62,860 bases of DNA, filler included, from Dicyema japonicum (GCA_011109175.1; 9 parts of 9 records of this genome joined end to end with filler, not necessarily neighbours in it); one strand, 5' to 3'. Counted from the first letter of the whole stretch, positions 37,271 to 51,070 are shown. Numbers and translations are program-made. The notes: generated by a model from the sequence alone, not told the origin.

Positions 37271-37403
37271 TATATTATGATCCGCTAACGAATTTTGTTT
37301 ATATACTGAAAAAGTATCATTCCGAAAAAAATTTTCAAAAAAATTTCGGAATGATACTTTTTTTGCATAGGTTCAAAATTATGTTTTTTAGGGAATTTTT
37401 GTA

Positions 37404-37712
37404 ATGTCAGGACGTGGTAAAGGTGGAAAAGGAGGAAAGAGTGGTGCAAAACGATTTCGAAAGATATTAATCGACAATATACAAGGAATTACTAAGCCAG
37501 CAATTAGAAGACTATGTCGAAGAGGAGGTGTTCGAAGAATTTCTGGCAAAATTTACGAGGAGACACGTTCTGTCCTTAAAATGTTTATTGAGCAAACTGT
37601 TCGTGATTGTATTTCTTACACCGAACATGCAAAAAGAAAAACTGTTATTGCAATGGATGTTGTTAATGCCTTGAAACGTCAAGGTCGGACAATTTACGGA
37701 TTTGGTGGATAA
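37404..37712 (+). CDS. H4: Histone H4, copy 2 (LKM instead of LKI)
   Basis: One Ile>Met difference from copies 1 and 3. Confidence 0.96.
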   Translation: MSGRGKGGKGGKSGAKRFRKILIDNIQGITKPAIRRLCRRGGVRRISGKIYEETRSVLKMFIEQTVRDCISYTEHAKRKTVIAMDVVNALKRQGRTIYGFGG

Positions 37713-38358
37713 TTCATACTTAACTTTGATAATAAAATATATTGCTATTCTTTACAAAATTACAATAGAAAAATAGGCAATCTCATAAATTTAATAACGA
37801 AAGAGAGTCATATATTGCGTATTGTCAAAGATTCGTGTGAGAAATGTTGCATACATAACCTTGATAATAAAATATATTGCTCTTCTTTACAAATTAACAA
37901 TAGAAATATAGGCAATCTCATAAATTTAATAACGAAAGAGGATCATATATTGCGTTTTGTCAAAGATTCGGGTTAGAAATGTTGTCATACATAACTTTGA
38001 TAATAAAAATATTGCTATTCTTTACAAATTAACAATAGAAAAAGAGGAAATCTCATAAATTTAATAACGAAAGAGGGTCATATATTGCGTTTCGTCAAAG
38101 AATCGGGTGAGAAATGTTTTGGAAAAGACAAGAAGTATTTTATATATTATTGTATATTTTTACAGAAAATTAGAGTAATATCGTTTAAAGAATTTATAAA
38201 AATTAAATTTATTCATTTTTATTAAGAAATATTTAATTTGCTTATATTTCAAAAAAATTTCGGAATGATACTTTTTTTGCATTACTCAAAATTTTTTTCG
38301 GAATGATACTTTTCTGGTATATTAAACATTTTCCTTAAAGGACTGACGAATTTTGATA

Positions 38359-38723
38359 ATGGCACCTAAAGTTAGTACAAAAGGACAAAAAAGAGCTGCT
38401 ATTAAAACCAAAAATGTTTCTGTTGCAACAAGAAAAAGAAGAAAAAGAAAACTTTTTCAATATATCTAATGAAAATTTTAAAGACGGTGCATAATCAACT
38501 TGGAATGTCAAAGAAGGCTATGATGGCTATGGACAGTTTCACATTCGATGTTTATGACAAAATAAAAACCGAGGCTTCAAATCTGGTATATCAGAATTCC
38601 AAGGCCACCATTACCTCACGTGAAATACAGACTGCAGTTCGGTTGATTCTTCCTGGTGAATTGGCAAAACATGCAATTACAGAAGGTGCAAAGGCAGTTA
38701 CTAAGTACACGAATACAAAATAA
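38359..38723 (+). pseudogene. H2B: Histone H2B, copy 2, 1-nt deletion (pseudogene or sequencing error)
   Basis: 365 nt versus 366; one A is missing at GCAACA(A)AG in the lysine run. Confidence 0.8.
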
Positions 38724-39182
38724 CACTTTAAAAATAAATTTTCTATTGATTTGCTCCTAAAATAACTATTTCACCATCTAGCTAGTAATTTAACCTATAA
38801 TCTTGAAAAAATTCATCAGCAAAGGCAGTGACTAAGTACACGAATACAAAATAACACTTTAAATTAAATGTTCTATTCATTTGCTCCCAAACTAACTATT
38901 TCACAATCTAGCTAGTAATTTAACCTATAATCTTGAAAAAATTCATCAATTAAAACAATAATTACAATTATTATTGGTGTTGATAAAATATTAAAAAAGA
39001 TATTTATTTTTTTTAATTTAATAACGGTTAGTGATTCGACTTAAAAAAATTTCGGAACGATACTTTTTTTGCATTACTCGAAATTTTTTTCGGAATGATA
39101 CTTTTTTTGCATTACTCTCAAAATTTTTTCGGAAGGGGGTTTTTTTAACTATATAAACATTTTCATTTCAGGAAATACAAAA

Positions 39183-39593
39183 ATGGCAAGAACTAAACAA
39201 ACAGCTCGAAAATCTACTGGGGCAAAAGTACCAAGGAAACAATTGTCTGCAAAATCTGCTCGCAAGTCTGTTTCACAACTTGGAGGAGTAAAGAAACCTC
39301 ATCGATTCCGACCTGGAGTCGTTGCAATGCGAGAAATTAGACGATACCAGAAGAGCACTGATCTGTTACTTCGAAAACTTCCATTCCAAAGACTCGTGAG
39401 AGAAACCGCTCAGTTTATCAAAACCGATTTGCGTTTTCAATCGTCAGCGATTGTCGCTCTCCAAGAAGCGGCAGAGAGTTACCTTGTTGGAATTTTTGAA
39501 GACAGTAACTTGTGTGCAATTCACGGAAAAAGAGTAACCATTATGCCAAACGATATGCATTTATCGAGAAGAATTCGAGGTGAAAAAACATAA
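39183..39593 (+). CDS. H3: Histone H3, copy 3
   Basis: Protein identical to copy 1. Confidence 0.97.
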   Translation: MARTKQTARKSTGAKVPRKQLSAKSARKSVSQLGGVKKPHRFRPGVVAMREIRRYQKSTDLLLRKLPFQRLVRETAQFIKTDLRFQSSAIVALQEAAESYLVGIFEDSNLCAIHGKRVTIMPNDMHLSRRIRGEKT

Positions 39594-40062
39594 CTTGTGC
39601 GTTTTAATAAATAAAAAAATGATTTATTGTTTGGATAACTTATTTGAGATAATTTTAATGTTTTTGCATTTGTAGAAAATGTAATGTTGAACTTTTTTTA
39701 AATAAATAGATGATGTTCGTTGTGTATTTTAGAGAAAAATGTAATTCATTTTGTTTGATATGGATTTGGTTGATAATTCATATATACAAACGAAAACCTA
39801 CAACATTTTTTGGTTTATTTTGCCTAATAGGTAAATAAATTCTATTGGACGAAAGAAATATTTCGTCAACGGAAAGTTTTGTGCCTAAAATAAAAAAATA
39901 TTTTGATATTTCATCTAAACTTACTTCTAAACGTTTATTGCGTTTGAAATTATTCGAAACTCGTTAAACGAATATCAAAACCGAACTTAACCGGTAGATC
40001 GATTGTATTTCGAGAACAATATTACAAAATAACAGTGTTTTATTCAAATATATTATTTAAAG

Positions 40063-40422
40063 TTAAGTAGTTGGTTTAGGAGTTTCTGCAGTCTTCCGAA
40101 TCATAAATCCGCCAGATGAAATAATAGCTTTCTGAGTTAATTCTTTTAATTCGTCGTCATTTCCAATTGCAACGACGATGTGACGTGGTTTAATTCTTCT
40201 TTTTCCACATTTTACTGCTGTATTTCCAGCGAGTTCAAGCATTTCAGCCACAGCATATTCCAAAACTGCGCACATGTATACTGCTGCAGGAATTCCTACT
40301 CGCATTCGGGTTTCGTGGCGAAGACACCGGTGAATGCGTCCAACTGGAAACTGCAACCCTGCCCGGATCGATTTGCTTTTAGCCTTTGACCGTACTTTTC
40401 CTCCTTTTCCTCTTGAAGACAT
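40063..40422 (-). CDS. H2A: Histone H2A, copy 3
   Basis: Protein identical to copy 1. Confidence 0.96.
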   Translation of the reverse strand: MSSRGKGGKVRSKAKSKSIRAGLQFPVGRIHRCLRHETRMRVGIPAAVYMCAVLEYAVAEMLELAGNTAVKCGKRRIKPRHIVVAIGNDDELKELTQKAIISSGGFMIRKTAETPKPTT

Positions 40423-40553
40423 TATATTATGATCCGCAACGATTTTTGTTTATATACTGAAAAAGTATCATTCCGAAAAAAATTTTCAAAAAAATTTCGG
40501 AATGATACTTTTTTTGCATAGGTTCAAAATTATGTTTTTAGGGAATTTTTGTA

Positions 40554-40862
40554 ATGTCAGGACGTGGTAAAGGTGGAAAAGGAGGAAAGAGTGGTGCAAA
40601 ACGATTTCGAAAGATATTAATCGACAATATACAAGGAATTACTAAGCCAGCAATTAGAAGACTATGTCGAAGAGGAGGTGTTCGAAGAATTTCTGGCAAA
40701 ATTTACGAGGAGACACGTTCTGTCCTTAAAATTTTTATTGAGCAAACTGTTCGTGATTGTATTTCTTACACCGAACATGCAAAAAGAAAAACTGTTATTG
40801 CAATGGATGTTGTTAATGCCTTGAAACGTCAAGGTCGGACAATTTACGGATTTGGTGGATAA
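40554..40862 (+). CDS. H4: Histone H4, copy 3
   Basis: Protein identical to copy 1. Confidence 0.97.
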   Translation: MSGRGKGGKGGKSGAKRFRKILIDNIQGITKPAIRRLCRRGGVRRISGKIYEETRSVLKIFIEQTVRDCISYTEHAKRKTVIAMDVVNALKRQGRTIYGFGG

Positions 40863-42415
40863 TTCATACTTAACTTTGATAATAAAATATATTGCTATTC
40901 TTTACAAAATTACAATAGAAAAATAGGCAATCTCATAAATTTAATAACGAAAGAGAGTCATATATTGCGTATTGTCAAAGATTCGTGTGAGAAATGTTGC
41001 ATACATAACCTTGATAATAAAATATATTGCTCTTCTTTACAAATTAACAATAGAAATATAGGCAATCTCATAAATTTAATAACGAAAGAGGATCATATAT
41101 TNNNNNNNNNNNNNNNNNNNNNNNNNNNNNNNNNNNNNNNNNNNNTTAATTAATTAANNNNNNNNNNNNNNNNNNNNNNNNNNNNNNNNNNNNNNNNNNN
41201 NATGATTTTAGAGAATTATAGCGGATCAATCGCCTTCTACAAAAAAATTAAAAAAAGTTGTTTCAGATATCCCAATCACTTTTCTAGCTCTCTTGAATTC
41301 CTTAAATGTGGATTGAATAAGCGAGTAAAGGTCGAATATTGATTAATGCCTGTCTATGTTAAGACCCTCAGAAAACATTGTTATGTGCAGATATGTTCCA
41401 CGTGTATAATGGGCTCATTCCTCATCCGTACATTAAATAAAGGGATTTTTACATATGTGTAAACCACATTGCCCAAAAAGGAGTATTTATTTGAAATTGA
41501 GAAAAAATCATATATTAATCATAAACTGTGTCCCAGTGGAAGCATTCCGATCTACTATGAATAATCGTGTCCACATCGTAGAACTCCCATTAGGATTCCT
41601 CTCAAGATACAGCAAGGTCACTTTCTGAGAGCAGTTTAGTGGCTGGTGGGAAACTCAAGAAGAGTTGGGAACTTTTGAAGACTAGAGTCACCTAATCAGT
41701 TGGTTTAACATTTCTTTCTTGGTAGTTTCTTGGTCTAATAATAATGTGATCATCAGCATACCCCCGACGTAATCATTACTCATTGGGGAAGTTAGAAAAA
41801 AATTTAATTCACTTACAAAAATCTAAAAGATTAGTTAAGTTGGAGAAATTCTAAAAATAATTTTGCTTCTGTTTCAAGTAAACAATAAAGTTTGAAATAA
41901 GCGACGAAATAGAGTCATCTCAAATGTATCCACCCCCTCTCCTCCAGGAAGTCAAACGGATCAAATTTGAAAATCAATGCGTTCCAGTTTATAAAGTAAA
42001 ACAGTGTTTATGGTTTCGCACATGCCAAGTTTGCGACTATTAGCCTTCTCCATCCATTTGTCGTCTTGCTTGCCTACTGATTTCGTCAAGATCATCTGCA
42101 TCCATAATTCGGCCCTCGATCACAGCATAATCATCTCCAAAACGCTTATCTGTGGAACTAAAAAATTTATGAAATCATTTTGATAACAGCGTCACCACAT
42201 TATTGGTTTACTTAAAAATATTTGGAGATAAAATAATATTTAATAAAACCAGACGAACAAATTCAAAGATAAATAGAAACAGAAAAAATACAACAAAGAC
42301 AAGAACCAAAACGCCATTCAAAAGCGCTATTTTAGTATGTCACATGGGCGGCGCGTAACGCATGGGCAGCCTGTTACATTTTTTCGACCTTGAAAAGGTC
42401 TTTTGACTATCCGAC

Positions 42416-42560
42416 ATTATTATTATTATTACCCCCAGGATCACTGGGTCAAAAAGAAAGAAATAAAAGTTCTCATCTAACTAAGTGATCCCAGATCGAC
42501 AAAGGTGAGGACGAGTCCGGCGGGGTCGAGAATCCTGAACAACTCTTCTCATTAGAGTAG
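42416..42560 (-). mobile_element. ingi-like LINE extreme 3' end
   Basis: ORF end ..SGIT* (stop 42481); CCCAG-TGATC-CTGGG hairpin; (TAA)n tail. Confidence 0.65.
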
Positions 42561-42710
42561 CCGACAATTAATTTTATATATCCGATTTATATCGTGATTT
42601 AATTCTGTTAAATAAGTTTTTTATTCATAAATGTTATGATTATAAAGATTTTATTTTTTTATAGCGGTAAACCTAGATTTCTAGCGTGATTTATAGCATA
42701 TTTTGTTGCA

Positions 42711-43185
42711 ATGGCTTCTTACAAGGGTTTTGTGGAAAATCGCGTTGAATATCAAACTTTAAAAGATGCTTTGCATGATAAATTTCCCGAAAATTTTCCG
42801 AGGAACCAAAAATATAGGCTTGTAAAGAAGATAGAGAATTTTTCCATCATCAATGACAGGTATTGTAAATTTAGACTGTATCTTAAATGAACTGATTCAA
42901 GGTTAGTCATATTCCTGGATAATGAAACCGAAATAGCATGTTGCGAAATCGTTGCACGAGTTTTCACACGGAGGAGTCAATAAAATTGAGTATGAATGTC
43001 GACAAAGATACTTCACTGTAAAGAATGAGATTATCAGAAAAGTAATTCGAAATTGTGAAGTCTGCAAATTTTTGCGTCCTTTAAAAGTTCGTGATTTTTT
43101 ATAATTGTAGATTGGAGATATAAATCACCATGTGTTTGCTCTGTTCCAAATGAACGTTTTCAGGTAGATCTAATAGACCTGAAAA
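42711..43185 (+). pseudogene. Second spliced HHCC-integrase copy, inactivated
   Basis: Ungapped alignment to the 22081 gene over 54 aa after removing 42860-42874; 24-nt intron 43087-43110 at the same PLK| position; stop and frameshifts. Confidence 0.75.
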
Positions 43186-43289
43186 NGGTATAATGAATGA
43201 TTTTTACCATAATTAGGCGATTCGTGTTAATTGAATTTTAAATATGAGAGCAATTATTACTGGCTTGAATTGAAATTGTAATGAAATTT

Positions 43290-45650
43290 TTTTAAAAACA
43301 AAACAGGGAATTATGTGATCCCGGCGAAATCCAATAAGACTCTCAGCTCGTCCGGTGGTCTTCTCGATCCAACACAACCACACAGTGGACGATTGATCCT
43401 CTGGTATCGTTGAGTTTAGCTTCCTTTTCTTCTTATTAGTCTTCCAAGGGGGTAGGTGTGGAATTTATATCGCCTTCGATCCAGTTTTCGAACACGGAAA
43501 ACGCTCTTTTTGGGGTTGCCACAATTCTCTGGGCATTCGTTAAAGAAATTGAGGGTTATTACTAATAACCCTGAATAATAACTTATTAGTAAATATAAAA
43601 AAAATTATCAACAAATATAAAAAATGTATTTCTTAACATAAAAAATGTATTAATCAATATAAAAAATGTATTAATTGATATAAAATTTTAAATTTTTTGT
43701 AGCAGTATATGTACGAAAGAAAAAGAATATCAAAAACATAAGTCTTCTGTTATTTGTAGAAAGTCTGGTGCCAAATTCTCTTTTTAGCATCAAATTTTCT
43801 TCTGTAGTTATGACTTTCGATTTTCTATTTAATCTCTTCCTCGTACACCCAATTTTTTAATTTATTAGAAATGGAACCATGGGTCAGAGTAATATTTTCT
43901 TTTTGACAACAATCGATCATTCCTTTTTGCGTTAATGAGCAGTCTCCTGCAATCAGTTCCATTTTTCATTATGATACAAAAAGTGCGCACGTAGATGAGC
44001 ATAAACAGCACCAGGGTGTTGAACACTTAGGCCCAGACGACATGACTCAGCTAATAATTAGAAGAGTTCCAAACTTTTGCACAGTCCCCTTCATAACAAT
44101 GACAGCGAGCTACAGGAAACTACACTTGAATTTGAATGTTACTCTAAAATACCTCATCCTGCGTCTGACCGTTATAGGAATCCCATAGATGATCATTATA
44201 GGAATTTGATTATTAGACCACTCAAGGTAGCCAAAAACTAATAAACCTGCACTTTTCAGAATTTACCAATTACTATCTATTATCGTTATTAATGGACGTA
44301 GTATTCAGTGGCATATGTCTTCTTATTAGAGGTAGACATAACCCCTCGTTCCCTTGCTGCTACTTACAACTTGGTATAGCATCTAGTTCCTTTTTTGCTA
44401 TTATAGGTGGAATAAATGATATCCAGTTATCACAGTCTGACTGATATTTATCTTTTCCAAGCATGGCGTCCATCTATTTCCCTTATTTTGGTAACCCTTC
44501 AAATTGTTAATGAGACAATTACCATTAAATATAAAATAAATTTAAGAGTTCTCTGAAAGTTTCTCTAAATTTTAGAGTTTTCATGTTTCTTTAGTAAAGA
44601 ACATGAGTTTTATGTGTCTCCTGAATCCAAGAAAAGTTTAGATCCGTGATGAAGCCATATAGACATTAATGCAATAGAGATGCATCATCACCTCAACCCT
44701 CTGACTAATTAATTATCTTTTTCAGAATCGATACTCCCAGAGCCATCGAACTTGTATGTCTACAGCATTGATGCAGTATATCTCTTGATGGATGGAAAAT
44801 TCGAGGTCTCTTTGCTTCTGTGGACCACCAGAACCCGAAGTAATAGTGGAGGTTCTCTGAGAGCATGGTCGTCACTTTTCCACTTGCGTTATATCAAACT
44901 TTCACCAACACCCATAACTAAAGCTTGAATGGATTGTCACAACACCTTTAACCTCATTGGGAGGTATACCTAAGAAGTGAATCTTAGATCGTGGTGAAGA
45001 CAAGACCTATGGGAATTCAGAGTTATGTGATGGCAGTTAAGTGGATCAATGGAACACTTAAACCAAAGTTTTTCAGGAACGCTATAATTTAGTGGATCAA
45101 TGGGATAACGAAGTGGCTTGTTGCGGAGTAGAGGTAGGCATTATGTGTGTGATAAAGATTACTCGCTGATCAAGAAGGTGAGAAATCAAATGACAACTCA
45201 TAAGTCCATTTTTCTCCAATTCCAGGCTATGATCACCAAGTAGGAATTTGAGTAATCAAAATGGAAATTGACAAGACTTTGTCTTCGAGTTGAGGCACCT
45301 TTCTGTAACCTTAAATAAAAAAATTTCTGTCGACTAAGTTGTCCTTCGCTTTTGTGAATCCCACACCTGTTGTCCCTGTCCGATAGTACATTATTTCCAT
45401 GTAAGATGTCTACGTTGCCCGTTTCGGAGAGATGTGGTGAAATATGATGATCTGAGCATTGAAGAACTGGTAGATATCAATTATTGCATTAAATAAGTTG
45501 GCCACGTAATGGAGGAGCGATTTAAAGAGAGTTGCATGTCAATGAGGTTTCAGAGAGGATTCGGTAATAGTACGTAGGTTGGTCATCTGCTCTGACACAT
45601 GACGTTGTTTTCCCCCAAATGGTTGACACGTAGATTTGATAGCTTTTAAA
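43290..45650 (-). mobile_element. Highly degenerate ingi-like LINE
   Basis: 3' end ELRVLLDFAGIT* (stop 43311); eroded RT and APE-like segments up to ~45.5 kb. Confidence 0.45.
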
Positions 45651-45666
45651 GTTTATTATTAAACTT

Positions 45667-45898
45667 ATATTAGCTTCAAAATGGTGCCAATGTCGAGAAC
45701 CACGAAATTACGGCGAAAGAGTTACTTGAAAAGACTCTGACCTGTTAAAATTCTCTTGTTAGTTATTTATTAGTATTGTAACATATTAGCTTCAAAATGG
45801 TGCCAATGTCGAGAACCACGAAATTACGGCGAAAGAGTTACTTGAAAAGACTCTGACCTGTTAAAATTCTCTTGTTAGTTATTTATTAGTATTGTAAC
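45667..45898. repeat. Direct tandem duplication, 116-bp period
   Basis: ATATTAGCTTCAAAATGG.. at 45667 and 45783; no N at the junction. Confidence 0.85.
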
Positions 45899-47193
45899 AA
45901 TCAATTTTAGGAGTTTCTACTTATTTTATCAAATTCTATGTGGGATATTATTCTTGCTCCATGCCTTTGCTGTTATACAATTTGATCTCTTGGTATTTTT
46001 CTTAAAAGTTTTAAAAATAAAATTAAACTTTTCATTAATATTTGTTTTTTTTGATAATGGTATATAAAAGTGAAACCTGCATCTTCAATAGTTTTGTTAA
46101 ATGAGGGCATATAAGCGTGAATCCCCCGTTTTTCATAGTTTTCATTGAGGGCATATACACGTGAATCTTGTGTCCTTTATAGTTTTCTTGATGAGAGAAT
46201 ATACAATTGAAATACACATCTTTTATATTTTTCTTAATGACCTTCGCTAATATAATCGGTAGATTCAACCCTAACAAAAAATAAGATCAATCTGGCTGAA
46301 TAATTTAAAATCATGAGATTTAACCACTTCAGATCTCCTTAATCTGCAGTGGATTTAAACAAAATTTAATAGAACGAATTTTCACAAATGGGGTAGTCAC
46401 AATTCAATTAATAATCCAAATAATGTGGAGAATGTAAGAGTCTCTGATATGGATGATTTGGACCTGATCAACGGATTTTTCAAATATCAGGCAGAATTTG
46501 ACATTAACTCACTTTATGAAAAGTCACTGCATGGGTCATATTCTGATAATAATTTTATTGATGAAAATTTTAAGATTATAGAATTGAATAACGGAGAGTA
46601 TTTGCTTATTGACGATGAAGACTTTGTTAGGGACATTTCAATAGTTGGCTAAAGTTAAAAGATTTGTTATTTGTGACTTAATTTTATCTTTTATATTTTT
46701 TTGCGGTAGATGGTTGTACAATTATAGAAAAGAATGCTTTTTATCTTTTGTTTTNTAATTTTATTGATGAAAATTTTAAGATTATAGAATTGAATAACGG
46801 AAAGTATTTGCTTATTGACGATGAAGACTTTGTTAGGGACATTTCAATAGTTGGCTAAAGTTAAAAGATTTGTTATTTGTGACTTAATTTTATCTTTTAT
46901 ATTTTTTTGCGGTAGGTGGTTGTACAATTATAGAAAAGAATGCTTTTTATCTTTTGTTTTTTTACAACCGAGGCCTTTATTCCCGACATTAATTCGTCAA
47001 AATACAATTCACAAAATCGATCATTTAGGAAAGGCAACATTCCGCATCAAAGAAATTATGTACTCATTCCCTCTTTATCACATATAAGAAAAATATATTA
47101 TCCACTATTACAATTACTTTTATGAGAAACCTTAAACGGCGGATAATTTCATTTATTTATTCCGTAGAAACCTGTTTCACGAGAATCTTTGTT

Positions 47194-47498
47194 TTTTTCA
47201 CATGGTAATGGGTATGTTTCCTCTTCAAAAAGGTTTAACAAATAGGATGCTTCATCTTATAGAGAAGAATATTTGATTTGACAAATGTCTTCGTATCTTT
47301 CAGTGGCCAACTTAAACAATCACCGGAATCATCCGAGAAGAACATGTTTTTCACATGGTAATGGGTATGTTTCCTCTTCAAAAAGGTTTAACAAATAGGA
47401 TGCTTCATCTTATAGAGAGGAATATTTGATTTGACAAATGTCTTCGTATCTTTCAGTGGCCAACTTAAACAATCACCGGAATCATCCGAGAAGAACAT
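47194..47498. repeat. Direct tandem duplication, ~152-bp period
   Basis: TTTTTCACATGGTAATGGG.. occurs twice; no N at the junction. Confidence 0.85.
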
Positions 47499-47880
47499 GT
47501 GTACACTTTTAATCGAGCCAATGTCATCTAAAAATAAAAAATTGAAATACTTTTTCTTTCTATAATTGACATCAGCTATCCGGAAATCGTCCTCTGGATC
47601 AGTGTTCTAAAGTGAAGGTTGATTGGAATACGTCTGGATTAAGAAATTAGTTAGTTTGGTTTTATTTTTCTATTTTTATTTTTTTATCACTGGTCTTTGG
47701 AATAATTTTATTAATTTTCAATTTATCACAGTTGATTACAATCGAACAATTTGTACAAAATGGTTCCCCATTTAAGTTGACTGTAAACTATAAATATTCC
47801 ATGGCATAAAAATGTGCTTTATGTGTTCGTAACCCAACACCCATCAACCAAAAAAGTTAATATACACGTGTCGAGTAAAT

Positions 47881-48105
47881 TAATTTATTTACCTGGATAC
47901 ACGGAAAAAGAAGTCAAAGTAAACAACTAATTGCAGTTGGGATAACCTCTCCAGTGGAGTGGGGGAGAGCAAATGATCATTTTTCGTGCCGGCCTGGCAC
48001 TGGCCGCCTCCTAGACAGGTGGATCAAATGACACCACTCTAATAGGAAGAGAGAGGAGGAACAGAAAACAAACATAAAACTTCTTTCTTTGGTTGATTAA
48101 TTAAA
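47881..48105 (-). mobile_element. ingi-dependent SINE-like element, deleted copy
   Basis: Colinear with 56618-56952; ribozyme-like head at 47975-48035 with mismatches. Confidence 0.8.
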
Positions 48106-49329
48106 CTAAAAACCACTACAGGCTGCTTTGTCAGCATCATGGTAGTAATATTGGTTCAATGACAGGTATAATGTCCGATTTCATTGCTACAATAACTGTT
48201 GACNNNNNNNNNNNNNNNNNNNNNNNNNNNNNNNNNNNNNNNNNNNNTTAATTAATTAANNNNNNNNNNNNNNNNNNNNNNNNNNNNNNNNNNNNNNNNN
48301 NNNTAATTCTTAGATAACAGATGAGCATTTCAGTGATTATGATTATAATATTTTAACAAATTATTATAGTGATTATAAATATATATTAAATAGTGATCAT
48401 ACTACAATAACAATTACGGCGTATAAACAATTTGAGAATAAATATCATATTCATAATTTTTCTGTTTGTGATGGGTATAGAAGAAATAAATGTGTTTCAC
48501 TTGAAAAACAATTTAAACAAATTAAAATGGGAGGATTTTATCAACGTGGATTCATCTCACAAAACTATAAAAATGTGACTATCAAAATTTCAGCTCTTAA
48601 ATTACAATATTTCCGCAATGATCTGATTTTTGATTTATTGGAGATGGTTAATAAATCCGACTGAATTTTAGATGAAGGATGCTTTGAAGAACCAATATCG
48701 ACTGAAATTATAGACAAAAAAACCATAAGTAAATATCGTAATACTGTTAACCGACTAAGTTTTAGATAAAATAAAATTTGACAAACTAATTTTGTCTGAA
48801 AGTAAAGCCTTTAAAAAATTGACGAACTTCAAATAATTGGAATCGTGTGTGGAGTTGTCGCAGTAATATTCACATGTATCATTTTCGTTATTTAAATCAA
48901 ACCGAAATCACATACTGNAACTAATTTTGTCTGAAAGTAAAGCCTTAAAAAAATTGACGAACTTCAAATAATTAAAATCGTGTGTGTAGTTGTCGCAGTA
49001 ATATTCACATGTATCATTTTCGTTATTTATATCAAACCGAAATCACTTACTGAAATACAAGAAAGCATTCCACTAACCTTTGTAACTTACTAATATTAAA
49101 TTGTCAAACCTTCTTCAATTTATTCAAATTTTTATAATTATTTGAATTACAGTCTATATTATAAAATCTTACAAATTTTTTTATTTTGTCAAATATAACG
49201 AAAGTATACAAAAAATCCCTATTGTTTTCTAAAAAATGCTAAAATGCTCCCAAAAAAAGCCTCCTCAAGTGGATTTGAGTCTCCTTGATAATATGCAGCA
49301 GTCTAGCCACCTAACTTTCGTCAGCTAAT

Positions 49330-49790
49330 TTATCATTGAAGGCTTTAACACAAATCAAAACAGTCGTTTGCTCGATCGATTTATAAAAGTCTTCGACTCT
49401 GTCTCAAGGGAAATCATAACCCAGAAGTTGTTTGTTCTCCCCGATAACGCCAAAAAAAACTTTGGTTTGCTAACTTCATAAATGGAAGAAGGGCCCGGAT
49501 ATACATGAATTGGACCAATTTCAATATTACTACCCAATGATGTCCACAAAGGTTCCTTTTTATCACCCGTCTTATTTAACTTATCATCCTATCATATGGT
49601 GAAGACTTATTAATCGGATCCCGCGATCAAGATATCCCAAAGGTATCAGAAAGACTACAAGAATACCTTCACAAGATTCAAATTTGGCTAAATTATAACC
49701 GGCTTGATATGTCTACTGAAAAATCTTCTTTGTCTTTATTTACCTCAGACAAACGACTTGAACAAATGAAAGTGAAATATTTATCAACCA
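49330..49790 (+). mobile_element. ingi-like RT remnant
   Basis: QGSFLSPVLFNL..YGEDLLIGSRD..STEKSSLSLFT parallels the RT at 25.5-25.8 kb. Confidence 0.65.
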
Positions 49791-49828
49791 GACAAAAATA
49801 CCTTTAACGAAGAAACTGAATATCTTNG

Positions 49829-50516
49829 TAATAATTTCCCGTGAATGTTTTCTGTTCATTTTTTTGATTTTCCACTTTAGTTCCCTTTGTTGGATATTAA
49901 GCTCTTTTTTTTTACTCTCGTCTGACGTGTTCGCCGCTTTTAGTCGTAGCTCTCTGCAATGGTTTGCTATATCTGGCACGTTCAAGTGATGATCCAATTT
50001 TAAGGCGTGATGATTTCGGACTCCAATGCATACATTGGCCGACTTGGAGATTACCTGCTTTGTTTGATCCCACAGAGTTCGTACTGATGATTCCGGTGCG
50101 GTTTTCGCCATAAGAGTCTCGATTTGTTCGTGAAATTTAGCTCTGCAAGTGGGCTCTAACCACGATTTTTCTGTCTGACAGTATATATTGGGCCTTTGTC
50201 TCGTTCTCTTCGCGTTTTCAGTGTATTCTTTTTTAGTCAGGTGCTTTTTTACAGAAAGCTTTAAAATGACGATTTTGTGGTCTCTGTCAGTTGTTGTTCC
50301 CTGGTAGGAACGTGTATCATTGATCAGATGTTTATAAGACTTTCGGCAGATAATGTAGTCGATTTGATTATATATATTCACGGTCTCTATGACAGAGTTT
50401 TTTCTTTGTCCGTCCTACGTCGTCTTGTGGCAAGCTGAGTGCGTGAAGGCCATGTTGCACAGCAAAATGCTATTTGCCTCACAGAAGTTCACCAGAGAGG
50501 CTCCAGATGCATTTCT
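49829..50516 (-). mobile_element. RTE-like APE and linker fragment
   Basis: LVNFCEAN..NQIDYIICRK..DRDHKIV. Confidence 0.8.
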
Positions 50517-50788
50517 NNNNNNNNNNNNNNNNNNNNNNNNNNNNNNNNNNNNNNNNNNNNTTAATTAATTAANNNNNNNNNNNNNNNNNNNNNNNNNNNN
50601 NNNNNNNNNNNNNNNNTTAGAGAAATATTGTTTATTTGATTTTTACAACATTAATTAAATTTAATTAATAAGAAGCTTGAATGGGCAGGTTGTTAACTGA
50701 CAAAAAGCTATTGAGATAAGCTCGCGAAGACATCCAGTCTTCATAGATTTTTGGTTACCGTTTGGATTATTGAGCCGATCCGACAGAT

Positions 50789-51070
50789 CAGTGGTTCTCA
50801 ACCTTTTATTTAATCGCCCCCGCAAATTTTTTTTCGCCTCTTATTTCACAAGTCAAAAAGTTATTACCACGACAAAAATTATTTAAGAAATATTTTTTTA
50901 TTTAAAAATCATAGTTTTAATGAGATCCCTGTGGTTTATGAGTATTCACAACATTCTCTAAATTTGCCTTTCTGTTCGTAAGTGCAATCCTTATATCTCC
51001 TCTTGTACATTTATTTTGTTACGTTTTTCCTGATGATATTTTTTCCCATACTCAAAGGTATTTAGAAGTT
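50789..51070 (-). mobile_element. hAT (Buster-like) end fragment
   Basis: TIR CAGTGGTTCTCAAC at 50789; minus strand RGDIRIALT..PQGSH*. Confidence 0.7.

Larger units (their letters stand above)
32094..41101. repeat. Tandem histone gene array, about 2.8 units of 3.15-3.25 kb (H3+, H2A-, H4+, H2B+)
   Basis: H3 ATGs at 32779, 36031 and 39183 (periods 3252 and 3152); near-identical spacers; gaps at both ends. Confidence 0.97.

Noticed and set aside
45597-45606. Possible sixth ribozyme head (ACGTCATGTG, minus strand) at the 5' end of the degenerate LINE
   Set aside because: Only the first 10 nt match; P2/P3 cannot be formed
49255-49330. tRNA-like segment on the minus strand (GACTCAAATCC followed by a T-run)
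   Set aside because: No acceptor or D stem could be formed, and it abuts an RT remnant
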